Origin: the human T2T-CHM13v2.0 reference genome, Homo sapiens
Assembly (NCBI RefSeq): GCF_009914755.1
Contig: NC_060934.1
DNA length: 64,000 nt
Strand: one strand, 5' to 3'
A model generated the notes under the pieces. That model saw nothing but the letters and a program-made list of their open reading frames with translations, did no database searches and was not told where the DNA came from. Position numbers and translations under genes: made by a program. Within the stretch, counting starts at the first letter, position 1. Every line of letters begins with the position of its first letter. Positions 38,943 to 52,665 of the stretch are shown one piece after another.

Positions 38943-39090
38943 GGCCAAGTGCAGTGGCTCACGCCTGTAATCCCAACACTTTGGGAGGCTGAAGCAGAAG
39001 AATCACTTGAGCCCATGAGTTTGAGGCCAGCCTGGGCAACACAGTAAGACCCTGTCTCTATAAAAAATGAAAAATGAAATAAAAAAAGAA
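38943..39090 (+). mobile_element. FLAM_C/AluJ left monomer
   Basis: ggccaagtgcagtggctcacgcctgtaatcc...cacttgagccca...cctgtctcta followed by A-rich tail. Confidence 0.85.
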
Positions 39091-39114
39091 AAGCATAATC
39101 TGATTAAGGTTTTT

Positions 39115-39345
39115 GACCAGGTGTGATGGCTCATGCCTATAATACAAGCACTTGGGAAGGCCAAAGTAGAAGGATCACTTAAGCCTAGGAGTTCAAGACC
39201 AGCCTGGGCAACATAGTGCACCTGTGGTCCCAACTACTTGGGAGACTGAGGTGGGAGAATCACTTGAGCCCAGGAGTTCGAGACCAGCATGGGCAACATA
39301 GTACAACCCTATTGCTACAAAAAATCTAAAACTAAAAACTAAAAA
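39115..39345 (+). mobile_element. Atypical two-monomer Alu/FLAM element, TSD aaggtttt
   Basis: Left monomer fused without A-linker to a second monomer lacking the right-arm insert; aaggtttt at 39106-39113 and 39346-39353. Confidence 0.75.
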
Positions 39346-39353
39346 AAGGTTTT

Positions 39354-39675
39354 AGCCCAAGTGCAATGGCTGACACCTGTAATTCCAGCCCTTTGGGAGG
39401 CTGAAGTGGGAGGATTACCTAAGCACAGCAGTTTGAGTCCAGCCTGGGCATAGTAAGATCTTGCCTCAAAAAAAAAAAAAAAAAAGAGAAAGTAAAGAAA
39501 AGAATTGGGCATGGTGGCATGTACCAGTGGTCCCAACTACTTAGGAAACTGAGGCAGGAGAATCATTTGAATCACTTGAGCCCAGGAGATCAATGCTGCA
39601 GTGACACATGATCCTGCCACTGCACTCCAGCCTGAGCAACAAAGCAAGATTCCGTCTCAAAAAAAAAAAAAAAAT
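39354..39675 (+). mobile_element. AluJ-type dimer
   Basis: Left arm, long A-rich linker, right arm ...tgcactccagcctgagcaac...ccgtctc, poly-A. Confidence 0.85.
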
Positions 39676-39679
39676 TGCA

Positions 39680-39750
39680 AGCATTACACTGTGATGGATT
39701 ATATAGCAAGAGTCTCATTATCATATATACAATTACTACTAGGTTCCAGA
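39680..39750 (-). mobile_element. ERVL/MaLR pol fossil, piece 2 (short)
   Basis: Minus translation WNLVVIVYMIMRLLLYNPSQ resembles ERVL WALVETE..M....VLSDP and sits at the expected collinear position. Confidence 0.45.
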
Positions 39751-39804
39751 AAAAACAAAACAAAACAAAAAAAAGAAACATTTTTTCCAAAGAAAAATAC
39801 TAGA

Positions 39805-40365
39805 TGAGTGACATGAGCAAAATGGTAAAGTTGGTAGCTACACGCTTTTTTGCCTCCACAGAAACATTGAAAACTAAGCAGAAACTGTAAGATCCACATT
39901 TGTTGGAGCTCTTAAAAAATAGTTAAAAGTTTACAGAAACTAAGCAAATGCTGAATAAACAAAGAGATAACTTCAAAATAGTAGAAAAACATCATAGTAT
40001 TTTTACTTGACCTTGTAAACCCTCCCAGTTTAGAGGTGGTCTTGAAGACAACAACCTGCATTTCCAGGAGGGGACCCTGGTTTATGCTTCCAGAAGGAGC
40101 AAAGAAGACCTTTTTACGAGTTATTGTATTTGTATTCTAAAATTCCTGGGAGTTACCTGAAGAACTTATACAAGGCACTCATTTCTGTTTGGCCTAATTC
40201 AGAACTTACACAAGATAGAAAAGTCACAGGCAGTGCTAGAAAATGTAAAATGAAGGAAAGACTTGCAGTCACCTGAGATAAAGATTAAGACACAAAATTG
40301 AGACACATAGTAGATCACCTAAAGTCTGTAGGAAGATCTGGGGAGGAAGTTTTTTGGGAGATGGG
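39805..40365 (+). mobile_element. L1M4/L1MB-lineage 5' UTR (outer L1, left part)
   Basis: agtgacatgagcaaaatgg...ccacagaaaca..aagcagaaactg...gtcttgaaga...gggaccctgg...ctacctgaag. Confidence 0.75.
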
Positions 40366-40373
40366 AGGGGATT

Positions 40374-43300
40374 AGGACAGCATTTCTGGACCTGCCCTGG
40401 GCTAGAGGGGGGCCCACTGCCATAAAGGATGAATCCCAGACCAGGCCTACAAACTGACTTAAGAGACCTTGGGCCTTAAGGGGACATCAGTGGTAGTCTG
40501 TCTGGAAGTTCTCCTTGTGGGCCTGTGGTGGTGGTGGCCATGGGGTGAGCCTCCTCTGCATTTGGAAAGGAGAAGGAAGAGTGGGAAGGACTGCATCTTG
40601 TGGTCTGTGAACCAGCTCAGCTGCAGTACCATAGAACACCAGGTAGACTTGTAATGTTTTTGACTCTAGTTGCTGACTCCTGAATTGCACCTCTGGACAC
40701 ACCCATGACCTGGGGGAACCCATCACCCTCAAGGGAAATACACTGGCCTGGCTGGCTTTGCAACCTGCTGATTATAGAGCCCCAGGGCCTTGAGAGAAAA
40801 TTGGCAGTAGCCAGAGAGTGGTTATAGCAGGCATTGGACAAGACCCAGTGCTGTGCCGGCTTTGGGTCTGACCCAGCACAGTCACAGTGGCAGTGACCAC
40901 AGGGGCGCTTGTGTCACTCCATACTCAGCTTTAGTTGGCTGAGGAGAGGGAGAGAGAGAGAGAGAGATCTTTGTTTGGGAGAAAATAAGGGTTGAGGACA
41001 AGAGTTACTGCCTGGTAATCCAGAGAATTCTCCCAGATCTTGTCCAATACCATCAAGGTGACACCTCAAATAGTCTGTAAAAACTATAGTGTTACTGGGC
41101 TTGGGGTACCCCCTAAAGTAGATACAGCTTAGATCACAACACCCAAGTTGTTTTGAATGTCTGGGAAGCCTTCCCAAGAAGGACAGGTACAATCTCCAAC
41201 AGTGAAGACTAAAATAAATACCTAACTCTTGAATGCCCAGACACAGATGAACAACTACAAGTATCAAGACATTCCAGGAAATAAACTAAATAAGTCACCA
41301 GGGACCAATCTTGGAGAAACAGAGATATGTGACCTTTCAGACAGAATTTAAAATAGTTGTGTTGAGGCAACTCAAAGAAATTCAAGATAATACAGAGAAG
41401 AATTTCAGAATTCTATCAGAAAATTTTAACAAAGAGAATGACATAATTTAAAAGAATCGAGCAGAAATTCTGGAGCTGAAAAATGCAGTTGACATACTGA
41501 AGAACACATCGGAGTCCTTCCTTTAATACCAGAACTCATCAAGCAGAAGAAAGAATTAGTGACCTTGAAGACTGGCTGTTTAAAAATACACAGTCACAGG
41601 AGACAAAAGACAAAAGAATAAAAAACAATGAAGTATGCCTACAGGATCGAGAAAATGGCCTAAAAATGGCAAATCTAAGAGTGATTGGCCTTAAAGAAGA
41701 AGTAGAGAAGAAAATAGGGGTAGAAAGCTTATTCAGGGAGATAATAACAGAAAACATTCCAAACCTAGAGAAAAATACCAATATTGAAGAACAAGAAGGT
41801 TATAGAACATCAAGCTGATTTAACCCAAAGAAGACTAGCTCAAGTCATTTAATAATTAAAGGTCAAGGATAAAGAAAAAATCTTAAAAGCAGCAAGAGAA
41901 AAGAAACAAATAACATACAATGGATATTCAATACATCTGGCAGAAGACTCTTCAGTGAAGATCTTACAGGCCAGGAGACAGTGGCATGACATATTTAAGT
42001 GCTAAAGAAAAAAACTGGTATTCTAGAGTAGCATATCTGGCAAAAATATCTTTTAAACATGAAGGGGAAATAAAGACTTTACCAGACAAACAAAAGTTGA
42101 GGAACTTTATTCCCAGACCTGTCCTACAAGAAATGCTAAAAGGAGTACTTCAAGTAGGAAAAAAAGGACATTAATGAAGCAAAAAGTAATCATTTGAAGG
42201 TACAAAACTCAACAGTAATAGTAAATACCAGTGAGTATTATATTATAACACTGTAATTGTGGTGTGTAAACTTCTATTATCCTAAGTAGAATGTCCAAAT
42301 GATGAACCAATTAAAAATACCACAACTTTTCAAGACATAGACAGTATAATAAGATCTAAACAGAAGCAAAAAATAAATAAATAAAAGTGGGAGTAAAATG
42401 CTTTAAAGCTTAGAGGCTTTATTAGTTTTCTTTTTGCTTCTTTGTTTATGTAAACAATGTTAAATAGTTTTCAGTTTAAAATAATTGGTTATAAGATAGT
42501 ACTTGCAAGCCTCATGGTCACCTGAAACCAAAAAGCATACAACAAATCTACAAAAAATAATAGGCAAGAAACTAAATCATATCACCAGAGAAAATTGCAT
42601 TCACTAACGGAAGACAGGAAGGAATGAAAGAAGAAAGAGCATACCACAAAATACCCATAATACAAATATCAAAATGTCAGAAGCAAGTCCTTACTTACCA
42701 ATAATAACATTGAATGTAAATGGACTAAAATCCCTGATAAAAAGACATAGATTGGGTGAATGGATGAAAAAACAGGACCCATTGATTTGTTATCTACAAG
42801 AAACACACTTCACCTATAAAGACACACATAGACTGTAAATAAAAAGATGAAAAAAAGATGTTCCATACCAATGGAAACCAAGAAAGAGCAGGAATAGCTA
42901 CACTTAAATCAGACAAAATTAATTTCAAGGCAAAACCTATAAGAAGAGACTGTCACTTTATAACAGTAAAAGGGTAAATTCAGCAACGGGATACAACAAT
43001 TTTAAATGTATATGCATCCAACACTGGAGTACCCAGATACATAAAGCAAATATTACTACAGCAAAAGAGATACATAGACCTCAATAAAATAAAAGCTGGA
43101 TACTTTGACACCCCACTTTCAGCATTGTACAGAATCTTCTAGAGATAAAATCAACAGAGAAACATCAAACTTCATTTGACTACAGACCAAATGGATCTAA
43201 TAGATATTTACAGAACATTTCATCGAACAACTACAGAATACACAGTTTTTTCCTCAGTATATGGATCATTCTTAAGGATAGACCATATGTTACATCACAA

Positions 43301-43667
43301 AATAAGTCTTTAAATATTCAAAAAATTGAAATAATATCAAGCATCTTCTTTGATCACAGTGGAATAAAACTAGAAATCAGTAACAAAGGGAATTTTGGAA
43401 ACTATACATACATGGAAATTAAACAATATGTCTCCGAATTACCAGTGGGAATGAAGAAATTAAAAAGAAAAGTTTCCTGAAACAAATGACAGTGGAAACA
43501 CAACATACCAAATCCTGTGTGGTACATCCAAATCAGTACTAAGAGGGATATTTATAGCTATAAGTACCTACGTCAAAAAAGAGTAAATAATCTAATGATG
43601 CATCACAAAGAACTAAAAAAAGTAATAGCAAACCGAACCCAAAATTAGTAAAAGAAAAGAAGTAATA
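40374..43667 (+). mobile_element. L1MA (L1M1-type) 5' UTR, ORF1, inter-ORF and ORF2 endonuclease; disrupted
   Basis: ORF1 remnants (KISFKHEGEIKTLPDKQKLR..RPVLQEMLKGVL); ORF2 start ~42674 followed by ataacattgaatgtaaatggacta. Confidence 0.92.
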
Positions 43668-46460
43668 TCTACCAGATGTACAAAGAGCTGGTACCATTCT
43701 TACTGAAACTATTCCAGAAAGTGAGGAGGGAGTCCTCCCTAACTTATTCTATGAAGCCAATGTCATCCTGACACAAACTGGGCAGAGACACGACAAAATA
43801 AAATTTTAGGCCAATATCTTTAATGAACATCGATGCAAAAATCTTCAACAAAATACTTGCACATCAAATCCAGCAAGACATCAAAAAGTTAATTCACCAT
43901 GATCAAGTAGGCATCATCCCCAGGATGCAAGTTTGGCTCAACATACACAAATCAGTAAATGTGATTCGTCACATAAACAGAACTAGAGACAAAAACCACA
44001 TGATTATCTCAATAGAAACAGAAAAGGCTTTTGATAAAGTTCAATATCTCCTCAGGTTAAAAACTATCAAGAAGCTAGATATTGAAGGAACATATCTTAA
44101 ATTAGTAAGAGCCTCCTACAACAAACTCACAGGCAATATCATACTGAATGCGGAAAAGCTGGACTTATTCCCCTTGAAAACTGGCCCAAGATAATGATGC
44201 CCTCTCTCACCACTCTTATTCAGCATAGTATTAGAAGTCCCGGCAAAATAAATCAGGCAAGAAAAAGAAATAAAGACCATCTAAATAGGAAGAGAGGAAG
44301 TCAAACTATCCCCATTTGCAGATGACATAATTTTATGTCAAAGCTCCTTCAGCTGATAAACAATTTCAGCAAAGTTGCAGGATACAAATTCAATGCACAA
44401 AAATTACTAGCATTTTTATACATCGACAACAGCCAAGCCAAAAGCCAAATCAAGAATGCAATCCCATTCACAATTGCCACAAAACAATAAAATACCTGGG
44501 AATACAGCTAACCAAGGAGGTGAAAGATCTCTACAATGAGAATTACAAAACACTGATCAAAGAAATCAGAGAAGACACAAACAAATGGAAAAACATTCCA
44601 TGCTCATGGATAGGAAGAATCAATATCATTAAAATGGCTATACTGCCCAAAGCATTTTACTGATTCAATGTTATTTCTATCAAACTACCAATAATATTCT
44701 TCGCAGAGCTATAAAAAATTATTTTAAAATTCATATGGAATCAGTCAGAATGAATATTATTAAAAAGTCAAGATATAACAGATGCTGGAGGGGTTGCAAA
44801 GACAATGGAACACTTATACACTGTTGGTGGCAGCATAAATTAGTTCAGTCATTATGGAAAGCAGTGTGGCAATTCTTCAAAGAGCTAAAAACAGAACTAC
44901 AATTCGACCCAGCCATCCAATTACTGGAAATATACCCAAAGGAATATAAATCATTTAAACATAAACAAACATGCAGGCAAATATTGAAAGGATCCTGAAT
45001 AGCCAAGGCAATCCTAAGCAAAAAGAACAAAGCTGGAGGCATCACATTACCTGACTTCACACTATACTACAGGGCTACAGTAAACAAAACAGCATGGTAC
45101 TGGTAGAAAAACAGACACATAGTTCAATGATAAAGAATAGAGAGCCCAGAAACAAGGCTGCATACCTACAACCATCTGATCTTTGACAAAGATGACAAAA
45201 ACAAGCAATGGGGAAAGGACTCCTTATTCAATAAATGGTGCTGGGATAACTGGCTAGCCATATACAGAAGGTTGAAATTAAACCCCTTTGTTACACCATG
45301 TACAAAAATCAACCCAAGATGGATTAAAAGACTTAAATGTAAAACCCAAAACCATAAAAACCCTGGAAGACAACCTAGGCAATAACATTCTGGACATAGG
45401 AATGGGCAAAAAATTCGTGATGAAGACACCAAAAGCAATCACAACCAAAGAAAAAAGTTCACAATTGGTGTCTAAACTTAAGAACTTTTGCACAGAAAAA
45501 GAAACTATCAAACAACCTACAGAATGGGAGAAAATTTTTGTAAACTATGCATCTGACAAATGTCTACTATCCAGCATCTATAAAGAACTTAAACAAATTT
45601 ACATGAAGACAACAAACAATATTATTAAAAAGTGGGCAAAGGACATGAAGAGACACTTTCAAAAGAAGACATGCATGTGGCCAACAAGCATATGAGGAAG
45701 AATTTAATATCACTGACCATTAGAGAAAAGCAATTGAAAACCACAAGATACCATCTCACACCAGTCCTAATGAATATTATTAAAAAGTCATAATATAACA
45801 GATGCTGGGGAGGTTACAAAGCAAGTGGAACACTTACACAGTTGGTGGCAGTGTAAATTAGTCTAACAGTTGTGGAAAGCAGTGTAATGATTCTTCAAAG
45901 AGCTAAAAGCAGAACTACCATTCAACCCAGCAATCCCATTACTGGAAATATACCCAAAGGAATATAAATCATTCTAACATAAACACACATGCACAAAAAT
46001 GTTCATTGCGGCACTATTCACAGTAGCAGAGACATAAAACCAACCCAAATGTCTATCAATGACAGATTGGATAAAGACAATGTGATACCTAAACACCAAG
46101 GAATACTATTCAGCCATAAAAAAGAACAAGATTAAGTCTATTGCAAGATCATGGATGAAGCTGGAGGCCATTATCCTTAGCAAACTAATGCAGGAACAGA
46201 AAACCAAATACCAGATGTTCTCACTTATACTTGGGAGATAAATGATGAGAATTCATGGGCACAAAGAGGGGAACAATAGTCACTAGGGTGCACTTCAGGG
46301 TAGAGGGTGGGAGGAGGGAAGAGGATTATTTAAAAAAAAAAACATTGGGTATTAGGCTTATTACCTGGGTGACAAAATAATCTGTACAATAAGCCCCTAT
46401 CACACAAGTTTATCTATATAACAAACCTGCAATGTACCCGTGAACCTAAAAGTTATAAAA
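43668..46460 (+). mobile_element. L1PA13-15-like 5'-truncated element inserted in L1MA ORF2
   Basis: RT remnant [25 protein letters not shown]; 3' UTR gggtattaggcttattacctgggtgacaaaataatctgtacaa...aacaaacctgca. Confidence 0.92.
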
Positions 46461-46525
46461 TAAATATTTGAAAATAAGTGCTGAAAAGGAGAAAAAAATA
46501 AATAAAAATAAGGATTGGTTAAGTT

Positions 46526-47218
46526 AAAAATAATAAGGATCAGAGCAGAAATAAATGAATTTGAAATGAAGAGAACAATGTAAAAGATCAATGAAACAAA
46601 AAGTTTGATTTTTGTAACATTAAACAAAACTAACAAACCTTTAGCCATACTGAGAAAAAAAAAAAGAAGATCCAAAGAAAAAAGCAGAGATGAAAAAGCA
46701 GACCTTACAACTGATATTGCACAAATTGAAAAAAATCACCAACTTTGAGCAACTATATGCCCCAAAATTGGAAAATCTAGAAGAAATAGACACATTCCTT
46801 GATACATACAACCTACCAAGATTGAACCAGCAAGAAATCCAAAACCTGAACACACTAATAACAAGTAAGGAGATAGAGCCATAATAAAAAATCTCCCAGT
46901 AAAGAAAAGCCTGGGTTCCAACGACTTCACTGCTGAATTCTACCAAACATCTAAAGAATTTATACCAATCCTACTCAAACCATTTCAAAAAATAAGGGAG
47001 GCAGAAATATTTCCAAATTCATTCATCCTATGAACCCATTATTCCCCTGATACTAAAACCAGACAAAGACACATAAAAAACAAACAAAACTACAGCCCAA
47101 TATCTCTTATAAATATTGATGTAAAAATCTTCAACAAAAACTACTAGCAAACGAAATTCAATAATATATTAAAAAGAACATGCATCGTGATCAAGTGGAA
47201 TTTATCCCTAGGATGTAA
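46526..47218 (+). mobile_element. L1MA ORF2 resumed after the insertion
   Basis: taataaggatcagagcagaaataaatg directly continues aaagaagtaata at 43667; [21 protein letters not shown]. Confidence 0.88.
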
Positions 47219-47249
47219 ATTTATTTTTAAAAAAGATGTAGTATCTGAA

Positions 47250-47361
47250 CTGGGCATGGTGGCATGTGCCTGTAGCCCTAGCTACTCAGGAGGCTGAGGC
47301 AGAGGATCTTTTGAGCCCAAGAATTTGAGGTTGCAGTAATCTATGATCATACCACTGTACT
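47250..47361 (+). mobile_element. FRAM/AluJ right-arm fragment
   Basis: ctgggcatggtggcatgtgcctgtagccctagctactcaggaggctgagg...ccactgtact. Confidence 0.85.
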
Positions 47362-48496
47362 GAAAGTTGCAAGAGAAAAGCAACTCATCACACACAAGGA
47401 ATTGTTAATAAAATTAACAGTCAATTTTACAAAAAAAAAAAACCTAAGGAGATAAGAAGTTAGTGAGAAAATATATTTAAAATGCTAAAAGAAAAAAAAC
47501 GAAGCTGTCAAAAAAGAATGTGATTGTCAACAAAATTATTCCTCAAAAAATGAAGGAGAAATTAAGACATTCCCATATAAACTGAAATTGAGGGAGGTTG
47601 TTACCAGCCAATCTGCAAGACCTTTTAGGTATGCTAAAAGAAACCTTTAAGATAAAAATAAATGAACAATATACAGTAACTCAAAGATATATGAAGATAT
47701 AAATATCTTTGGTAAAGGTAACTACAAAGCTAACGTTAAAGTCAATAATTTTACATTTTTGGTTTGCAACTCCACATTTTATATTCTACATGATGTAAAA
47801 GTAGATGTATAAAATAATTAGAAATTGATATATTAAACACATAATGTATAAAGACATAATATGTTACAACAACACAGAAGGGGACAGTGCTAGATGGAAG
47901 CAGATATTTTGCATGTTATTCAAGCTCTCTTGGTATAAACCAGATTGTTATAAATTTGAGATGTTTGATGTAATCTGCTACTGTTAATCAAAATTGTAAG
48001 CCACGGTAACCACTAAAAAATATTTAAAATATATATACAACAGAAGTGAGAAGAGTATCTAAATGGTACATTGCCAAAAATGGAACAAACACAAAAGAAG
48101 TTGAAAATTGAGCAAATGAGGAAAAATAGAGCTATAAGATATACAGAAAGGAAATAGAAAAATAGCAGAAGTCTTTTCTTAATTATTTTGTGTACAAATG
48201 GATTAAATTCTGCAATCAAATTGTAAAGCTTGGTAGAATGAATTTTTTAAAATCTTACTATTATTCAAAGTGATCTACAGATTCAATATGATCCCTATCA
48301 AAATTTCAACAGCCATTTGTACAGAAATGAAAAATCTAACCCTCAAATTTATACGAAATTTCAAAGGGCCACAAGTAGCCAAAACAGTCTTGAAAAATGC
48401 TCCACATTATTATCCATTAGGGAACTGCAAGCTAAAACTATAAAGAAGTACTACTTCATAGTCATTAGCTATAATTTAAAACAAAGAAAATAGCAT
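47362..48496 (+). mobile_element. L1M4/L1MB ORF1 end, inter-ORF and deleted ORF2 pieces
   Basis: gcaagagaaaagcaactcatcacacacaagg; aatgaaggagaaattaagacattccca; atctacagattcaat..atccctatcaaaat. Confidence 0.8.
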
Positions 48497-48899
48497 AAAG
48501 AAAATGTGGCACACATACACCATGGAATACTATGCAGCCATAAAAAATGACGAGTTCATGTCCTTTCTAGGGACATGAATGAAGCTGGAAACCATCATTC
48601 TCAGCAAACTATCTCAAGGACAAAAAGCCAAACACCACATGTTCTCACTCACAGGTGGGAATTGAACAATGAGAACACTTGGATACAGGAAGCAGAACAT
48701 CACACACTGGGGCTTGTTGTGGGGTGGGGGGAGGGTGGAGGGATAGCATTAGGAGATATACCTAATGTAAATGATGAGTTAATGGGTGCAGCACACCAAC
48801 ATGGCACATGTATACATATGTAATAAACCTGCACGTTGTGCACATGTACCCTAGAACTTAAAGTATAATAAAAAAAAAATATATATATATATATAAAGA
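48497..48899 (+). mobile_element. L1PA4/5-like 3' end with TSD aaagaaaatagcat
   Basis: ggagatatacctaatgtaaatgatgagttaatgggtgcagcacaccaacatgg...ctagaacttaaagtataata; TSD 48483-48496 / 48900-48913. Confidence 0.95.
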
Positions 48900-48913
48900 A
48901 AAGAAAATAGCAT

Positions 48914-49555
48914 GGATGTTGGAAATACTGGAATCATACATTGCTTCTGCAAATGTAAGATGATTCAGTTATTGTTGTCAATATTTTGGCAGTTTTCCAA
49001 AAAGGTAAACGTAAGATAACTATACAATCCTGCAAGTCTACTCCTGGGTGCATACCCAAAACAACTAAAGAGGGACTCAAACAAGCTTATGTACATGCAT
49101 GTTTATAGCATCACTCAGGTGGAAATAGCTCATATGTCCCTCAATGGATGAATGGTTAAACAAATTTTGATTTATTCATTCAATGAAATATTGTTCTGCC
49201 ATCAAAAGGGAATTAATTAATCATACATGCTACAACATAGATGGACCTTGAAATTATAATGCTAAATAAGGAAGTCAGACACAAAAGTTCTGAAATATTG
49301 TATGATTCCATTTATATGAAATTTACATAATTGATAATCCATAGAGACAGAATGCAAGTAGATGGTTGCTAGTGGGTGTGGGAAATAGGATGAAGAGAAA
49401 CTGCTTAATGGGTAAGGGGTTTTGTTTTAGAATTACATAAATGTTTTAGAACTAAAGAGAACTGTTGGTATTACAATATTGTTAACATACTAAATGTCAC
49501 TGAATTGTTCATTTTAAAATGATGGATTTTGTTATGTGAATTTTACTTCATTAAT
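48914..49555 (+). mobile_element. L1MB4-like 3' end (outer L1, right part)
   Basis: ctgcttaatgggtaaggggttt...actaaatgtcactgaattgttcattttaaaatg..gttatgtgaatttt. Confidence 0.85.
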
Positions 49556-49569
49556 GTGTAAAGGAAAGG

Positions 49570-50035
49570 GAGGATAGTTGTCTATAGAAGACACACCTTT
49601 GCTCCAAAATCCTAATGACTTTGTGCTGTAATTCTACTATGGTCTGCCAAGAGGTCCGTATAGCATCCTCAAGGATCAAAGACACTTCAAGTTCCATTGG
49701 ATTTGCTACTTTGTAAGATACCAGTGGCAAGACAGGAGCCCAGCCCTGCTGCAGGACTTGTTTTGCTCTATGTTCCTCTGAACACCAGTGGATTTATGGG
49801 TTACTTATTAAATGGTTTAAAACAGACACTCAAATGTAATATACATGGCCTCCATAATCCAAAACAGCCCACACAAAATGGCTTGGAGTCTCTTTCCATG
49901 GACATGAGCAACATATCCTTCATTTTGGAGAAAATAACACAAATGTCACAGACCACTGGATCTCTGAAAACTTCAACCATGTGTCAGGTCTCCATTTTCA
50001 CTGGGTTTGCTCCCCATTCCCTGGCCTTTGTTTAA
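49570..50035 (-). mobile_element. ERVL/MaLR pol fossil, piece 1: RT thumb/connection
   Basis: Minus translation AREWGANPVKM; KFSEIQWS; SKMKDMLL; VGCFGLWRPCILHL; LPLVSYKVANPMELEVS; LGFWSKGVSSIDNY, collinear with ERVL pol. Confidence 0.85.
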
Positions 50036-50059
50036 ATTCTACAGTGGGTACTATAATGA

Positions 50060-52333
<2,274 letters not shown>

Positions 52334-52469
52334 TCACCTTCCTTAACCCTGACCCATTTATGCCTAATTCCTGACCTAGAGCTAGCAATCACAGGGTGCC
52401 AAAAATGGATCACCATGTTATCTCTAATGCCCACTAAACAAATATAAATAAATACACATTATGAGGAAT

Positions 52470-52665
52470 AATATAACTTGGAGGTTAAGAGAATGGATTC
52501 TGGAGCCATATGAGGTCTGTGGTTCCAGAATTGCTATTCTGTAGCTGCCTGACCTTGCTTTAATTTCTTCATCTGTAAATGAAAATGATAGTCATAGCCT
52601 TGTCATGGCAATCAAATGAGTCAATATATGTACTTACAGCAGTGTAGACCTAATAAGAACATAAT
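52470..52665 (+). mobile_element. MIR
   Basis: ggttaagagaatggattctggagcca...tttcttcatctgtaaatgaaaatgatagt. Confidence 0.7.

Noticed and set aside
43823-44194. RT-like ORF (123 aa)
   Set aside because: Fragment of a dead L1PA ORF2 with stops and frameshifts on both sides; not an active or novel reverse transcriptase
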